64,000 bases of DNA from the human T2T-CHM13v2.0 reference genome, Homo sapiens: the NCBI RefSeq assembly GCF_009914755.1, contig NC_060934.1; one strand, given 5' to 3'. Both the position numbers and the translations under genes were made by a program. How positions within the stretch are numbered: position 1 is the stretch's first letter; the number at the start of each line of letters is the position of its first letter. The notes under the pieces are model-generated. The model did no database searches. It was given only the letters and a program-made list of their open reading frames with translations, and was not told the origin of the DNA. Shown in pieces: positions 27,830 to 64,000 of the stretch.

Positions 27830-28620
27830 ACAGTGGCCACGTGACTGCTAAACCGGTTGCCAGAGGCGCGGCCATTTTTGGGGCGGGCACCCAATCTCTC
27901 GCCCTGTAAACTGCGGGGTGACGGGACGCTGTTACTAGGACTCAAGATGGCCACCGCGCCCGCTAGTCATCTCGCTAGCCCGCGCGCCAGTGAGCTGGCA
28001 CGAGACACGCGGTGGCCCACGGCGTCTGGGGACGATCTCCAGCCCTTCGCACGGGGCGGAGCGCCCGCCTTCCCTCCAATCAGCACGCCGGGCCGGCTAG
28101 CCAGGGGCCGCCCGCGCGCGGGGTGTGTGAGGACGCGCTCCCAGTCGCTGAGTGCCTGAGCCGGGAAGCAGTTGCTGTGGTACCTGCTGCTGCCCGAGCG
28201 GACGTAGAGCATCGGACGCGGGCGCCGTGGCGTTGGGCAGGAGGGCGAAGCCATGACGTCAGTCAGGTAACGAGCGGGCGGCTGCCTTGACTGCTCCGAG
28301 CTGGGCGTTAGCCTCCCGAGCGCGTGAGCACTGTCGCTCCTTCTCGCGGGTGGTCTGGAGCCTGCCTCCGCCTCTGGTCCCCCTCGTGTTGGGGGTTCCC
28401 TCCGCACTTTTCATTTGGGCATTTCTGCTTTCCTCAGAAGTTTTCGGGTCTGTGGCACATTGCGGAGTTCTGTGTGTCGCTGCTTGGTCGAGGTGACCCT
28501 CGCCCAAATTCCAGGGTTGCAAGCGTTCTTGGGTGTGTAGTGGATTTCCCATGAAAAATGTGCCCCACCCGCGCCCCCGGGGGCGGCCCAGGGCCGGAGG
28601 GAGCGTGGCGTGCACAGTGT
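27830..28620 (+). promoter_or_regulatory. CpG island / internal promoter for ADK-S
   Basis: CpG-dense. E-box CACGTG at 27838-27843; YY1-like GCCATTTT at 27871 and CAAGATGGCC at 27943-27952; GC boxes at about 27880 and 28053; CCAAT at 27891 and 28076; CRE TGACGTCA at 28254-28261. Confidence 0.9.
28253..28266 (+). CDS. ADK: ADK alternative first exon coding part (short, cytoplasmic isoform ADK-S; MTSV-R)
   Basis: GCCATG ACG TCA GTC AG|GTAACG inside a second CpG island. MTSVR is the recognised ADK-S N-terminus. Same phase 2 as exon 1. Confidence 0.96.
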
Positions 28621-29299
28621 GTGTCATGCCTGCGTGTCATGCCCTCTGACAGAACTTCATTGTTGGCCGGGAGCAGACCTGCAAAGTTGGCCCTTCTCTG
28701 ATGCAGGTATATTGCCCTCAAGTTGTGAAATTGTGTGTCTCTAAAATGTTTGCTCATGACTGGAATTAGGACCCTGGTTCCCGAAGGTACCATCTTGTTT
28801 CTTTACTCCTTTTATCTCAGAGTCACAAGTGAAATGAGTTGAGAGATACTGGGCATGTAGCGAAATCCATGAAACTGGAGACTTTCCCCCAATTGCTCTT
28901 CCAGTTTGGAAGGTTCTTTTTTTGTTAATGAGGACAGGATAATGGGCTTGTCCACTTTCTCCCAGTAGCCTTGACTGAATGTTTAATTTACGCTAGTTCA
29001 ACTATTTATAAAAAGAGATAAATTGCCTTATATACCCAGTGTTCTGACTGGCCTTTTTAAAAGCAGAACTTGGGCTTTGTTGTCCCAGAGAAAGGGAGGC
29101 CCCAGCACAAAAATGTGAAGAGAAATAAAATAAGCTCATTTATGGTCTATGAGCTTTCCAGGCTCCACCCGTCCTGGTGATTTGAGGGCTTCTCAATGCC
29201 AATTTTTACTACATTGTGTTTAAGAGACAGCTTGGGAACCTAACCCTCAGTAAGATCTAACTGTGCTGAACTCGGACATAGTCTGTCTCTTAAATTGCA

Positions 29300-29653
<354 letters not shown>

Positions 29654-30681
29654 TAGACAAAGTACTTACCTCATTATGCAGAAGGAGATTCAGGTGCTGA
29701 AACATGGAGACCCACATGGAAGGATTTCACAGTAAATTATATTGGGGCATATAAATCTAGCTTTTAAAGCTAACAGTATTTTAGGATGAATTAGAATTAG
29801 GCTATTATACCCAGAGTTAATTCCCCTTCTTCCCATTCCCACTCTTATTATCACAGAATGCTACTAATTAGGTGTAGGGGTCAAATACTTTCTGTGTTAA
29901 GAATCAGTTGTTATGTGGATTCAGTTTTAATTGACTATCATCTTCCTGACCGTGCCTCATTGGAGAAACATCCAAATCTAAAGCTTCTGCTGTTTAATAA
30001 GTGACAGCAGGATGTATCTTTTACTGTAGGGGTTGATAGTTTTTTTTAAAAGACTGATGTAAAGGTTGACACCAGCCTTACTTGACATGTTTTGAAAGGA
30101 TGGATAACTGATAATAAAATTTATTTATGCTTGTTTCTTCAGATGTCAGTCTGTATTTTACATAATCTTGAACTATGGTAACATGGCTCGAGAAAGCTCT
30201 TTTAGATGTTATTTAAACCAGCTATTACATTTTACACCTGAGGAAACTGAGACAAAAGTTGAGTGCCTTGTGCAAAATCAGCGGCAAAATTAGGAATTGA
30301 ATCCAGATTTCCATGATTTAGTGCTCTGCATGGTGCCTTTGTAGAAACAATATACTATTTAAACTTCCTGAAAAAGCTGTTTCTGTGGACAGAAATTGTA
30401 AAGTATCATGAGAGACAACTATAGTAACTCTTTTGCTTTCTTCTTATCCTGCAACGAACTTGATAACTGGGGTTTAGAAGTAGGCAGGGTTAGCCAAGAG
30501 AACACAACTACTGGGTGTTGGGAAGTGCAGGGAGGCCATTGAAAGTGAAGTGACTCTGTATGGTGATAGTTTTGAATGAGTTGGTCATCCTACAGATACC
30601 AGCCATTTCCTGGTGAACACTACATTTAATACAATTATGTCATATCTTTAGTTTTTGCAATAATGATGTCAGACATGTTCC

Positions 30682-31308
30682 TATCAGAGGCATTTGAGCC
30701 AGAGCGACTCCATCTTGAATAGGGTCTGGGTAAAATAAGGCTGAGACCTACCAGGGTGCATTCCTAGGAGGTTAGGCATTCTTAGTCACAGGATGAGATA
30801 GGAGATAGTCAGAAGATACAGGTCACAAAGACCCTACAACAGGATGCAGTAAAGAAGCCAGCAAAAACTCACCAAAACCAAGATGGTGATGAGAGTGACT
30901 TCTGGTCATCCTCACTGCTTATTATACACTAATTATAATGTATTAGCATGCTAAAATACACTCCCACCAGTGCCATTGACAGTTTACAAATGCCATGGCA
31001 ACGTTCAGACCTTACCCTATATAGTCTAAAAAGGTGAGAGACCTTCAGTTCTGAGATATCAGAACTGATTTCTTCCTTTCCTGGAAAACTCATGATTAAT
31101 CCACCCCTTGTTTAGCATACAATCAAGAAATAACAAGATACTTAGTTGAGCAGCCCATACCCGTGCTCTGTCTTTGGAATCGTCATCCTTTTGTTTCTTT
31201 ATTTCTCTAATAAACTTGCTTTCACTTTATGGACTTGCCTTGAATTCTTTCTTGCATGATGTCTAAGAACCCTCTTGGGGTCTAGATCGGGACCCCTTTC
31301 TGTTAACA
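30682..31308 (+). mobile_element. MER41 (MER41B-like) ERV1 solo LTR
   Basis: T(A)TCAGAGGCATTTGAGCCAGAGCGACTCCATCTTGAATAGG...GGACCCCTTTCTGTTAACA. 4-bp TSD TTCC at 30678-30681 and 31309-31312. Confidence 0.92.
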
Positions 31309-31519
31309 TTCCCATTTTGTGCTCAGTCTAACAGTAGCCTAAAAGGTAGGTATTATTGACCCCCTTTTACTGATAAGCTGAATGATTACAAGATATCCAA
31401 CTCTGACTTTGTGTCCAATGTTCTTGTTTTATACCACCCTTAATTGTTGCTAAATATAGTAGTATGTGACTCTTTTCATAGCAATGGCTATGAAAGAATA
31501 CAGGATTGGAAATCAATGA

Positions 31520-32233
<714 letters not shown>

Positions 32234-33720
32234 CCCATTTCTCTTTTCTATTCTGGACATTTGTTTAATGAAATAACTCAGTAGCAGAGATACTAATATG
32301 CATCCTACCAGTGTTGTTGGATAAGTGTAAAAGTGCTTTTAAATTTTAAAGCATTTTAAAAATAGAATAAAAGCACTTTGAGCCCTCTAGAGAATGGTGT
32401 CATCTGAGGAAAAAAATGTTTAAATCTTAAATTTTTAGACAGGAAACAAATTTACCTATCTAATTTTCTCATTTTACAGTTGAATTAAAGCCCAGAGATA
32501 GTGTGACATGTTCAAGTTCACACAGTTACATATCTTGAACTAGATATGAGATCTCTAGATACCTTGTTCAGTTCCCTTTCTAGTATAGCATTCAACTCTG
32601 AGGAATTCCTAAATAATGATTTTTTTTTGGGGGGGGTCTCTTTAGGAATTCCTAAATAATAATTTTAAATGAAAACTTTTCTTTTTTTTTAACTTAAGAT
32701 CTTTGAATTTGGCTGGAGTTAGTATTTCATCATTTGTATTCTATTCTACTTAATTACTGATTAAGAGTCTAAATTTACAGCCTCTGAAACCAGATATCCT
32801 TGGGGAACAACTTATATCCTTTGTTATGTATATCAGATTCCTACTGGTCTTCATTTGGGAAATGATAGAACATATTTGATAAATTGATGCTTTTGTCATT
32901 TTAAATTGGCCCAATAGTTAAGTTGGCGCCTGAGTTAAGTTCAGGAGACAGAGGAAGATGCAGAATGTCAGGATTCAAAGAGGATCTTAGCATTTTACTT
33001 TTTTTCCTTTTCTATACTGGATCTTGTGTCCAAAGTAAAGTGAAATGTCCTACTTAGACCTAGTGGTAGAGCCTAAGATAGAATTTAGACCTTCTGACTC
33101 CTAATTTATGTATTTTTCACTGAGCAACACTATTTCAAAATTCCCCTCTGAATATTGCCTTGTTTTCCTAACATCAGTGTCTAGTCTGGTTTTGGGCATC
33201 GCTTACAGCTTGGGTTTGCGCCAGGGAAGACTAGGAAATGGAGTTGGGGAATATTTGTTGTAGAGCTAATGAGCCCTATTCTTTGGTCTGCCCAGATAGG
33301 TCAGGTTTGGTCTAAAACTATTCTGGGACTCTGGACATCACTGTGCCCTACATGATGATTCTGGAACCCACTTTTGTGGGTTAAGCCTACATTGGAAAAT
33401 TTATGTGGGCAGTGGGTGGGGTCGTGGGGTATTTTCCTTCTAACACTCGAAACTTTTTGAGGTATGTCCAATAGAATCTGCCAAGCCACTCAGAACATTC
33501 ATATGGAGACTAAAATCTGGCTAAGATTGAAACTGTCTTTGTTGAGTTGGTTTCTTTAGAGCCTTAAAGTTTTCAAACTCATTTTTACCTGTGTTTTTAA
33601 AATACGAATTGTAAATTCACATTACTGCACAATTTTTTTTATGCTGTGGGATGTTTTTAGAGAGGTAAGTGAGCTTTTAAACTAAAATTGTTTCATTTAT
33701 GGAATATTTTGAAGAAGTAA

Positions 33721-37982
<4,262 letters not shown>

Positions 37983-37999
37983 AGCCTCTTTTTAATTAA

Positions 38000-44600
<6,601 letters not shown>

Positions 44601-44625
44601 ACTGTAATTTATGATTAGTGTTTTC

Positions 44626-44804
44626 TTTTTTTTTCTTTTTTTTATTATACTTTAAGTTTTAAGGTACATGTGCACAACATGCAGGTTTGTTACATATGTA
44701 TACATGTGCCATGTTGGTGTGCTGCACCCATTAACTCGTCATTTAACATTAGGTATATCTCCTAATGCTATCCCTCCCTCCTCCCGCCTCCCCCCACCCC
44801 AGTG
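44626..44804 (-). mobile_element. Severely 5'-truncated L1PA (about 180 bp) with 14-bp TSD
   Basis: ttattatactttaagtttt...gtacatgtgcacaac L1PA 3' end. TSD TGATTAGTGTTTTC at 44612-44625 and 44805-44818. Confidence 0.92.
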
Positions 44805-44885
44805 TGATTAGTGTTTTCATGGTGTGTCTTTTTGCTAACTTTTTATTTTCAAAACTTCTTTGTCTTTATAAAAGTGTATCTTGTG

Positions 44886-49108
<4,223 letters not shown>

Positions 49109-50594
49109 ACTGAGACTCAGAAGTGAATTATTTGACTCTTGAATTGTACTTCATTCTTAGAATCAATTATTGGCCTCTCTGTAAGACTGTCTTTACTGAG
49201 TTTTTAAACGGAGTATAATAAACTCTTTTGGGAATGCGGTAGATGTTCAAAGGTTTGACTTCTTAAAAAGAGGTGTAACAATTATATTCCTTAAAACTGA
49301 GAGGGGACCAATTGAGGGTAGAGGGATTGATGTGGGGGCAGGAGGATACTTTTTTGTTGTTATTGTGATGAAAATGTTCCATAGTTTTGTGGTTATATGA
49401 CTGTATACATTGAACTGGATGCTTACAAACGGTGATAAAAAGGGTGAAGGAAAATAAAAAACCAAGTAGCCCAATAACACTGCTCATCCTTGTTTTTTTG
49501 TTTTGTTTTGTTTTTTAAATAACAAGTTCTAGGAGTTTTTGTTTGAATAAGAATATATAAATCAGGCAGAGTAGTCCCAGTGAAATCATGGTTAGATTTT
49601 ACTGTATTTGTCTGTTGATCCTTCACCTTCTAAGCACTTAAAATACTTTTTTATTAGACTTGCTTTGATCACATATGCAATTTAAGTGTGAATAAGTAAG
49701 TGTATTATCTTTCCCTCCTCCACTCAGCTTTCTTTAAATAGAAAAGGGACAAATATCTCTTTATTGCATATTCAGCCATAGTTGCTCAATCTATGGTGTT
49801 AATAAGAGACTGTAATTTTATCTTCTAAAAATCATTACAGATTATAATTATAGGCTGTACCTCATTCTCTTAAAGAAATATTGGCATGTTAGTCCATTGA
49901 TATTACTGATAGTTGCCAAATGGTGAGAATGGTAACTGGTTTGGAGGCAACTGAAAGGGAGGGGGAATCATCAGTAAACTGGAGACCAATAAAAAATTAC
50001 ACAGAAACAAATCTTTTTGGATAAACTAGATGAATGTCTCTTATTGAGACTGATCCAACAGTATTCACTGGCCCATTTCTTGCTGCTAGATGAGCTTCTG
50101 TTTAAGGCATCACTTGTGGTGGAGTTCTTTCTTTTATTTGGATTGGAACCATACTGTGATCTCTTATGGAAAACAGACTTCCTCCAAGTCTGTTAAATAT
50201 AATTTAAAATTATATCGTTTCTTGTTGATTTGTTTGTTTTTGTTTTGCTTTATTTCATGTTATAGGCATCTGAAATGAATCCTTATATATATAACATACA
50301 AGTATATGTATGAGAAGACATGAATATAAGAAGTATAGGAAACATAAGACATGAATAAAAGTTTTAGCTAGACATTTTTAGATGAAAAGATGTGCATTTA
50401 AATTTGTAAAAGTTACAAATCGTTCTATAAAAAGTTAGCATATATTTAAATTTTTTGGATACATAATAAGAGAATTATATCACTTCTGATATCCATTGTG
50501 AAGACCCTACCACAGTCATTTTTTTGTGAAGGGTAGATAGGGCTCTTGCTTGTACTCTTCCAGGATGTGCCACGGGCTCCCTAATAACATTCAG

Positions 50595-51950
<1,356 letters not shown>

Positions 51951-52058
51951 AATCATCTTTTTTTCTAAATGTCTTTATGCTACCTCTAAAATGTTCTACG
52001 TATAATAGGCAAATCAAATGTTTAATAAACTGGTGTGTTAGGTTTATTTTCAGGTTGA

Positions 52059-52223
<165 letters not shown>

Positions 52224-52764
52224 TAAGTATTAAACTCTTCATATGCACTATGTGGAACTTACATTTGAAGAAGAATGGATGAAAACTTTAGAAGTGAATT
52301 TACCACCGAATGTCTTCAATTAAAGGAAAACTCAGGAAATTTAAGTTTGGTGATAGCAAGTGTGCTATCATTAACTATTGAATAACTGAGTACAGTTTTC
52401 CTTGGGAAAACTTATATACATTGCTATTTTTACTTAAAACTTTTTTGCTTATTATTTGGAAGGAGAAAAGTTTATATAATTTACCTAATTATTTAATTCC
52501 CCAACTTTTAAACTACTGTCAGTGAGCTACGTCTATAATGGTATCATAATCTACAGACATTCTACCCCGAATGTGCCCAGTCTGGTTTCCTCTCAGAAGC
52601 TATAATGGGAGAAGAAAGATGATTAGAGAAGACAAGAGAACGTGCAGGATATAATTCAGAGGATATGAAGCTCTGCTGTTTCCGCTTTATTAGTAACTTC
52701 CAATGTTTCAACTTAGCTGAGAAATCAGTTTGTTTATTTACCTAAGTATTTGAGGCCATTTGGT

Positions 52765-53026
52765 ACAATAGTCCCCACTTGTGTCCTTGTTTTCAGTTTC
52801 TGAGGTCTCAGTTACCCATAGGACAGTGTAATAAGACATTTTGAGAGAGAGACACGCACCACGTCCACATAACTTTTATTACAGTATATTTTAATAGTTG
52901 TTCTATTTTTAGTTAGTTGTTGTTAATCTCTTATTGTGCCTAATTTATAAATGAAACTTTATCATAGTATGATGTGTAGGTATGTATGTGTAGGAAAAAC
53001 AGTGTGTGTGTGTTTGTGTGTGTGTG

Positions 53027-53099
<73 letters not shown>

Positions 53100-53180
53100 A
53101 TATGGTTCAGTACTATCCATGGTTTCAGATACCCACTGGTCATCTTACAATGCATCTACCTCGGATAACGGGGGCACTAC
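52765..53180. mobile_element. Tigger-derived MITE (MER44A-like) containing a compound (TG)(TA)(TATG)(TATC) microsatellite at 53002-53101
   Basis: Inverted ends caatagtcccc / gggggcactacta; internal 'cacataacttttattacagtata'. Confidence 0.8.
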
Positions 53181-53279
53181 TATATGGCAAATTTAAGTAG
53201 TAAAAAAGATTAATGATGAGAAAGCAAGATCCCCCCTCTCCTCACACACCCTGATTTCTGTACCCAAGAGTAATTACTT

Positions 53280-57098
<3,819 letters not shown>

Positions 57099-57539
57099 CT
57101 AACATAACAGTCTAAGAAAACTCCATATAATTATCTCAATAGACAAAGAAAAACCTTTTGACAAAATCTAATATCTATTCCTGATGAAAAAAAATAACTT
57201 AAAGCAACCTAGGTAACTATGTCGATAACTTTCTTAACCCTATAAAGGTTACGTTAGGGGAAAACTGGTAGTGTGATGCTTCTATGGGTATATAACGTAT
57301 CAAATTGTATACTTTAAATGTCTACAGTTTATTGTATGTCAGTTATATATCAAAGGCTGTAATAAACAGAAAATAAAATCAGTTGGACATGAATTCATGG
57401 GTTTAAAATTAGATCTCTTTTGTTTGTGTAGTGTGAGATATTTTGTTCAGGAAGTCAACTAATTCATGGTCACTATTTTAAAAAAATCATGATGTATAAA
57501 AGTAAAGAGCAACTTAAAAATTTGAAATTTTATCGTGTA

Positions 57540-57993
57540 TTTCAAAAGTAAAATAAAGTATAGAGACAAACCCATAAATGTAGAACATTTTATATGGGAA
57601 GCAAGAATTGAAATTTGGGATATACACACAGACCAGGTGGTCTTTGCTATGTCTGAAGAAGAAAGATAAGATTGGAAGTTTTATAAAAAGGTGAAATGTT
57701 TTGTATTGTTTTGAAAGAAAGCTCATTGGCACTAGTTTTGGGGAGGTGGCAAGCTTTGATTGGTGAGTGACTGCAGTGAGTAGAACTAGTCTTTTAGAGT
57801 CACAGCTCATTGTTTCAGTAGCTACTGGATAAAACTGTTTTCAGATGACAACAGGCAGTTTCAGCAGCCAGGCTTGCAGAGAATTACCTTCTTGGAGCAA
57901 TGTTATGTGTGCTGAGTGCTCTTCCCCCCAGCCTGTCACCTGTTTTAGTCAGATATGACAAGAATGACCCAATTTATATGATTAGCTTTCACA
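57540..57993 (-). mobile_element. ERV1 solo LTR (MER67-like)
   Basis: Minus strand begins TGTGAAAGCTAATCATATAAATTGGGTCATTCTTGTCATA. Confidence 0.6.
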
Positions 57994-58203
57994 CATATAT
58001 AATCAGTGTTGTTATTTTGGTGAACATGCCTCCAGATGTTTGTTAGGCATATATAACCTGAAGATGAATGTTTATGGGCTAATACTATGTGTAGTCTTTG
58101 TTAGTATGCTGTTTTTCACTCAACATTATGTTTTTGGATCACTGTTTTTAAAATTTCAGGCAAATGTGATCAGAGTGATTATGACTTGGCAGCTGTGTGA
58201 TGA

Positions 58204-59774
58204 TGTCACAGGATCCTTAGGGTGTCGCTTTTCCAGCCAGAAGCCACTGTGGTTGGTGGAGCCTTTGCCTGAGGTTTGCTTGTGCCTGCCAGGCTTGTTC
58301 TGCTTGTTTGGCCTGGCAGGCTGCGTTCGGCTCATGCTACCAGCCTGGATCCCACACCTGCCAAGGGCGAGCCAGGTGCAGAGTGGCGTGGCAAAGAGTG
58401 TGTGAGCAAGCGAATATGGGATCTGGCCACTGTGTACAGCCACTCATGCTGGCTGCTGTGGTGGGGTGGGCATCTCCAGGCACTGGCACAGGTGCTGGCT
58501 TCATGCAAGCTTGCGGCTGGATCTGATGCATCTCAAGTGGCTTCCACTGTAGGAACCCACGTCTGGACGAGGATAATATGGTGGTGCCCAGAAGCTTGGA
58601 GACACCAGAAACCACAGAGCCCCAAAGAGAGTGTCACAGCCCTGGATTGGGAACCCCCTAGGTCTGGGCTCTCAGAAGGGCTGCAGCTCTTCTTTCCTTC
58701 TTGTTGCCTGCAAGGTGCTGAGTGGGGTGAGGCATATTTTAGCTCTGTTTGTGTTACAGCTGTTTCAGTCCTGCCACTTGGTGGGTCTTCTTATCCTGCA
58801 TCCATGAACAGTGAGGTATGGGGACAACTGGAGGGTGAGCAAGGTGGAGAGGACCTTCATTGAGCAACAGAACAGCTCTCAGGAGACCCGAAGTGGGTAG
58901 CTCCTTTCTGCAGGCAGGTCGTCCTGACAAGTGTTCACCTCTCAGTGAGATGAGACCCCGAGGGGGTAACTCCTTTCCACAGTTGGTAGTCCCAGGTCTC
59001 TTCTGTAAGTCTGGCTGAGTCCAGGGTTTTTAATGGGCTTCACAAGGGAGAAGTGTGTGCTGATTGGTCCATGGGCGGCTATGGGTGGGTCTGGAAAAAG
59101 CACCATGAGTCTCACTCCCCTCAGTGGACCCCACCTGGAACTGATAGCCTGGCCCCCATGCTTCAGGCTGTCCCTGGCTTGAAGGCAGGGCTTCACCTGA
59201 ACCCACCCCTTTTTTCCCAGGAGAGTGTCTGCCTCCTGCTGCCATCAATCATGTTGTCCACAGTGTGCAGGCTGTTGGTGATGAGGGTACTTGCTGGCCC
59301 CATTGAGCTGCCCTCAGTCCCACCTTGGCCTCCTTCCCATGCTTCTCTGCACCTAAAGTCCAGAGGGGGCTGAGGGGGCAGGGGGCTGGTATGTCAGTGC
59401 TGCCCCGAGCACATGCACACCTGCTGGGTTGTGACAGTGCCTGGGCTTGGCCACGACTTTGCTCCACCCTGGAGCAGGTGCTGGGATCGAGGAGAGGCCA
59501 GGCATGGGAACAGGCACTTCTGAGTCTGCAGGGGAAAGGGGGACTTCCCGGGCCCCAGAGAGTGCAGGGATACCTGGGTCCACAGCCATGGCTGGGTGGC
59601 TGCAGCTGCACTCAGGAGGGTGGGGCTCCAGCCCTGCCAACTTGGAAGTGGGTGTGGCTCCCACCTGTTCCCAGCTCCCATGGGCTCTGTGGAGCATGCA
59701 GCCCTGGCTGCATCTCCCCAATTGTAGCCAGTGTCTTTGCAGCAGCTGCTCTAGACAGCCTGCTGCTGCCATCA
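58204..59774 (-). mobile_element. MER52 (MER52A-like) long GC-rich ERV1 solo LTR
   Basis: Minus strand TGATGGCAGCAGC...GGATCCTGTGACA. 4-bp TSD ATGA at 58200-58203 and 59775-59778. Confidence 0.88.
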
Positions 59775-60065
59775 ATGACGCTGCTGGGAGCTCGAGTAAC
59801 TTCTTTGTTTCACATGTTTTACTAGCAGCTGGTCCTAAGTGGCTAGCTGAAGTTCTATTTTATATTTGGAAGGTTTTAATCTTTAACTTTGATTTTCAAA
59901 TAAGTACTTGAAGATAAAAAACAAGTCTTTGGACCCTAACAATAAAAGAGTCTTCTCTATTGTTACTCCTGGCTATTTCTTCCAAATATATTTAAAAACT
60001 TACCTTATGATATAAACGAATCGTGTTTAGCCTACATTTTGAGCCACCATTAGATAAGTATTTAG

Positions 60066-64000
<3,935 letters not shown>

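Noticed and set aside
27967-28793. ORFs of 70-146 aa across the second CpG island
   Set aside because: Same GC-content artefact. Only MTSV-R has splice support.
58040-59911. Cluster of 95-195 aa ORFs
   Set aside because: They lie within or overlap the GC-rich MER52 LTR and show no gag/pol/env similarity.

Overview
Primate (almost certainly human) genomic DNA covering the 5' end of ADK (adenosine kinase, + strand), head-to-head with a minus-strand gene I recognise as AP3M1. Only three short coding exons are supported. Exon 1 of the long/nuclear isoform ADK-L (2664-2728; MAAAEEEPKPKKLKVEAPQAL-R, NLS PKPKKLK) lies in a bidirectional CpG-island promoter. The alternative first exon of the short/cytoplasmic isoform ADK-S (28253-28266; MTSV-R) lies in a second CpG island about 25.5 kb downstream. 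The shared exon 2 (52148-52222) encodes [25 protein letters not shown]. The rest is intron, packed with about 65-70 Alus (hand count), old L1/L2/MIR fragments, solo LTRs (MER41, MER52, MST, MLT1, two other ERV1-type) and DNA-transposon MITEs. Nearly all ORFs in the supplied track are Alu, LTR or CpG-island artefacts. I found no convincing new gene or system. The most interesting observations are regulatory: the ADK-S coding micro-exon is a perfect palindromic CRE; the ADK-L AUG sits in a TISU/YY1-like element and is overlapped by an out-of-frame uORF; a MER41 LTR near the ADK-S promoter retains one GAS site and lost the other to a foldback mutation. There are also several micro-rearrangement scars and tight inverted-Alu hairpins. 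Repeat family names come from recall of consensus sequences, and their boundaries are approximate.
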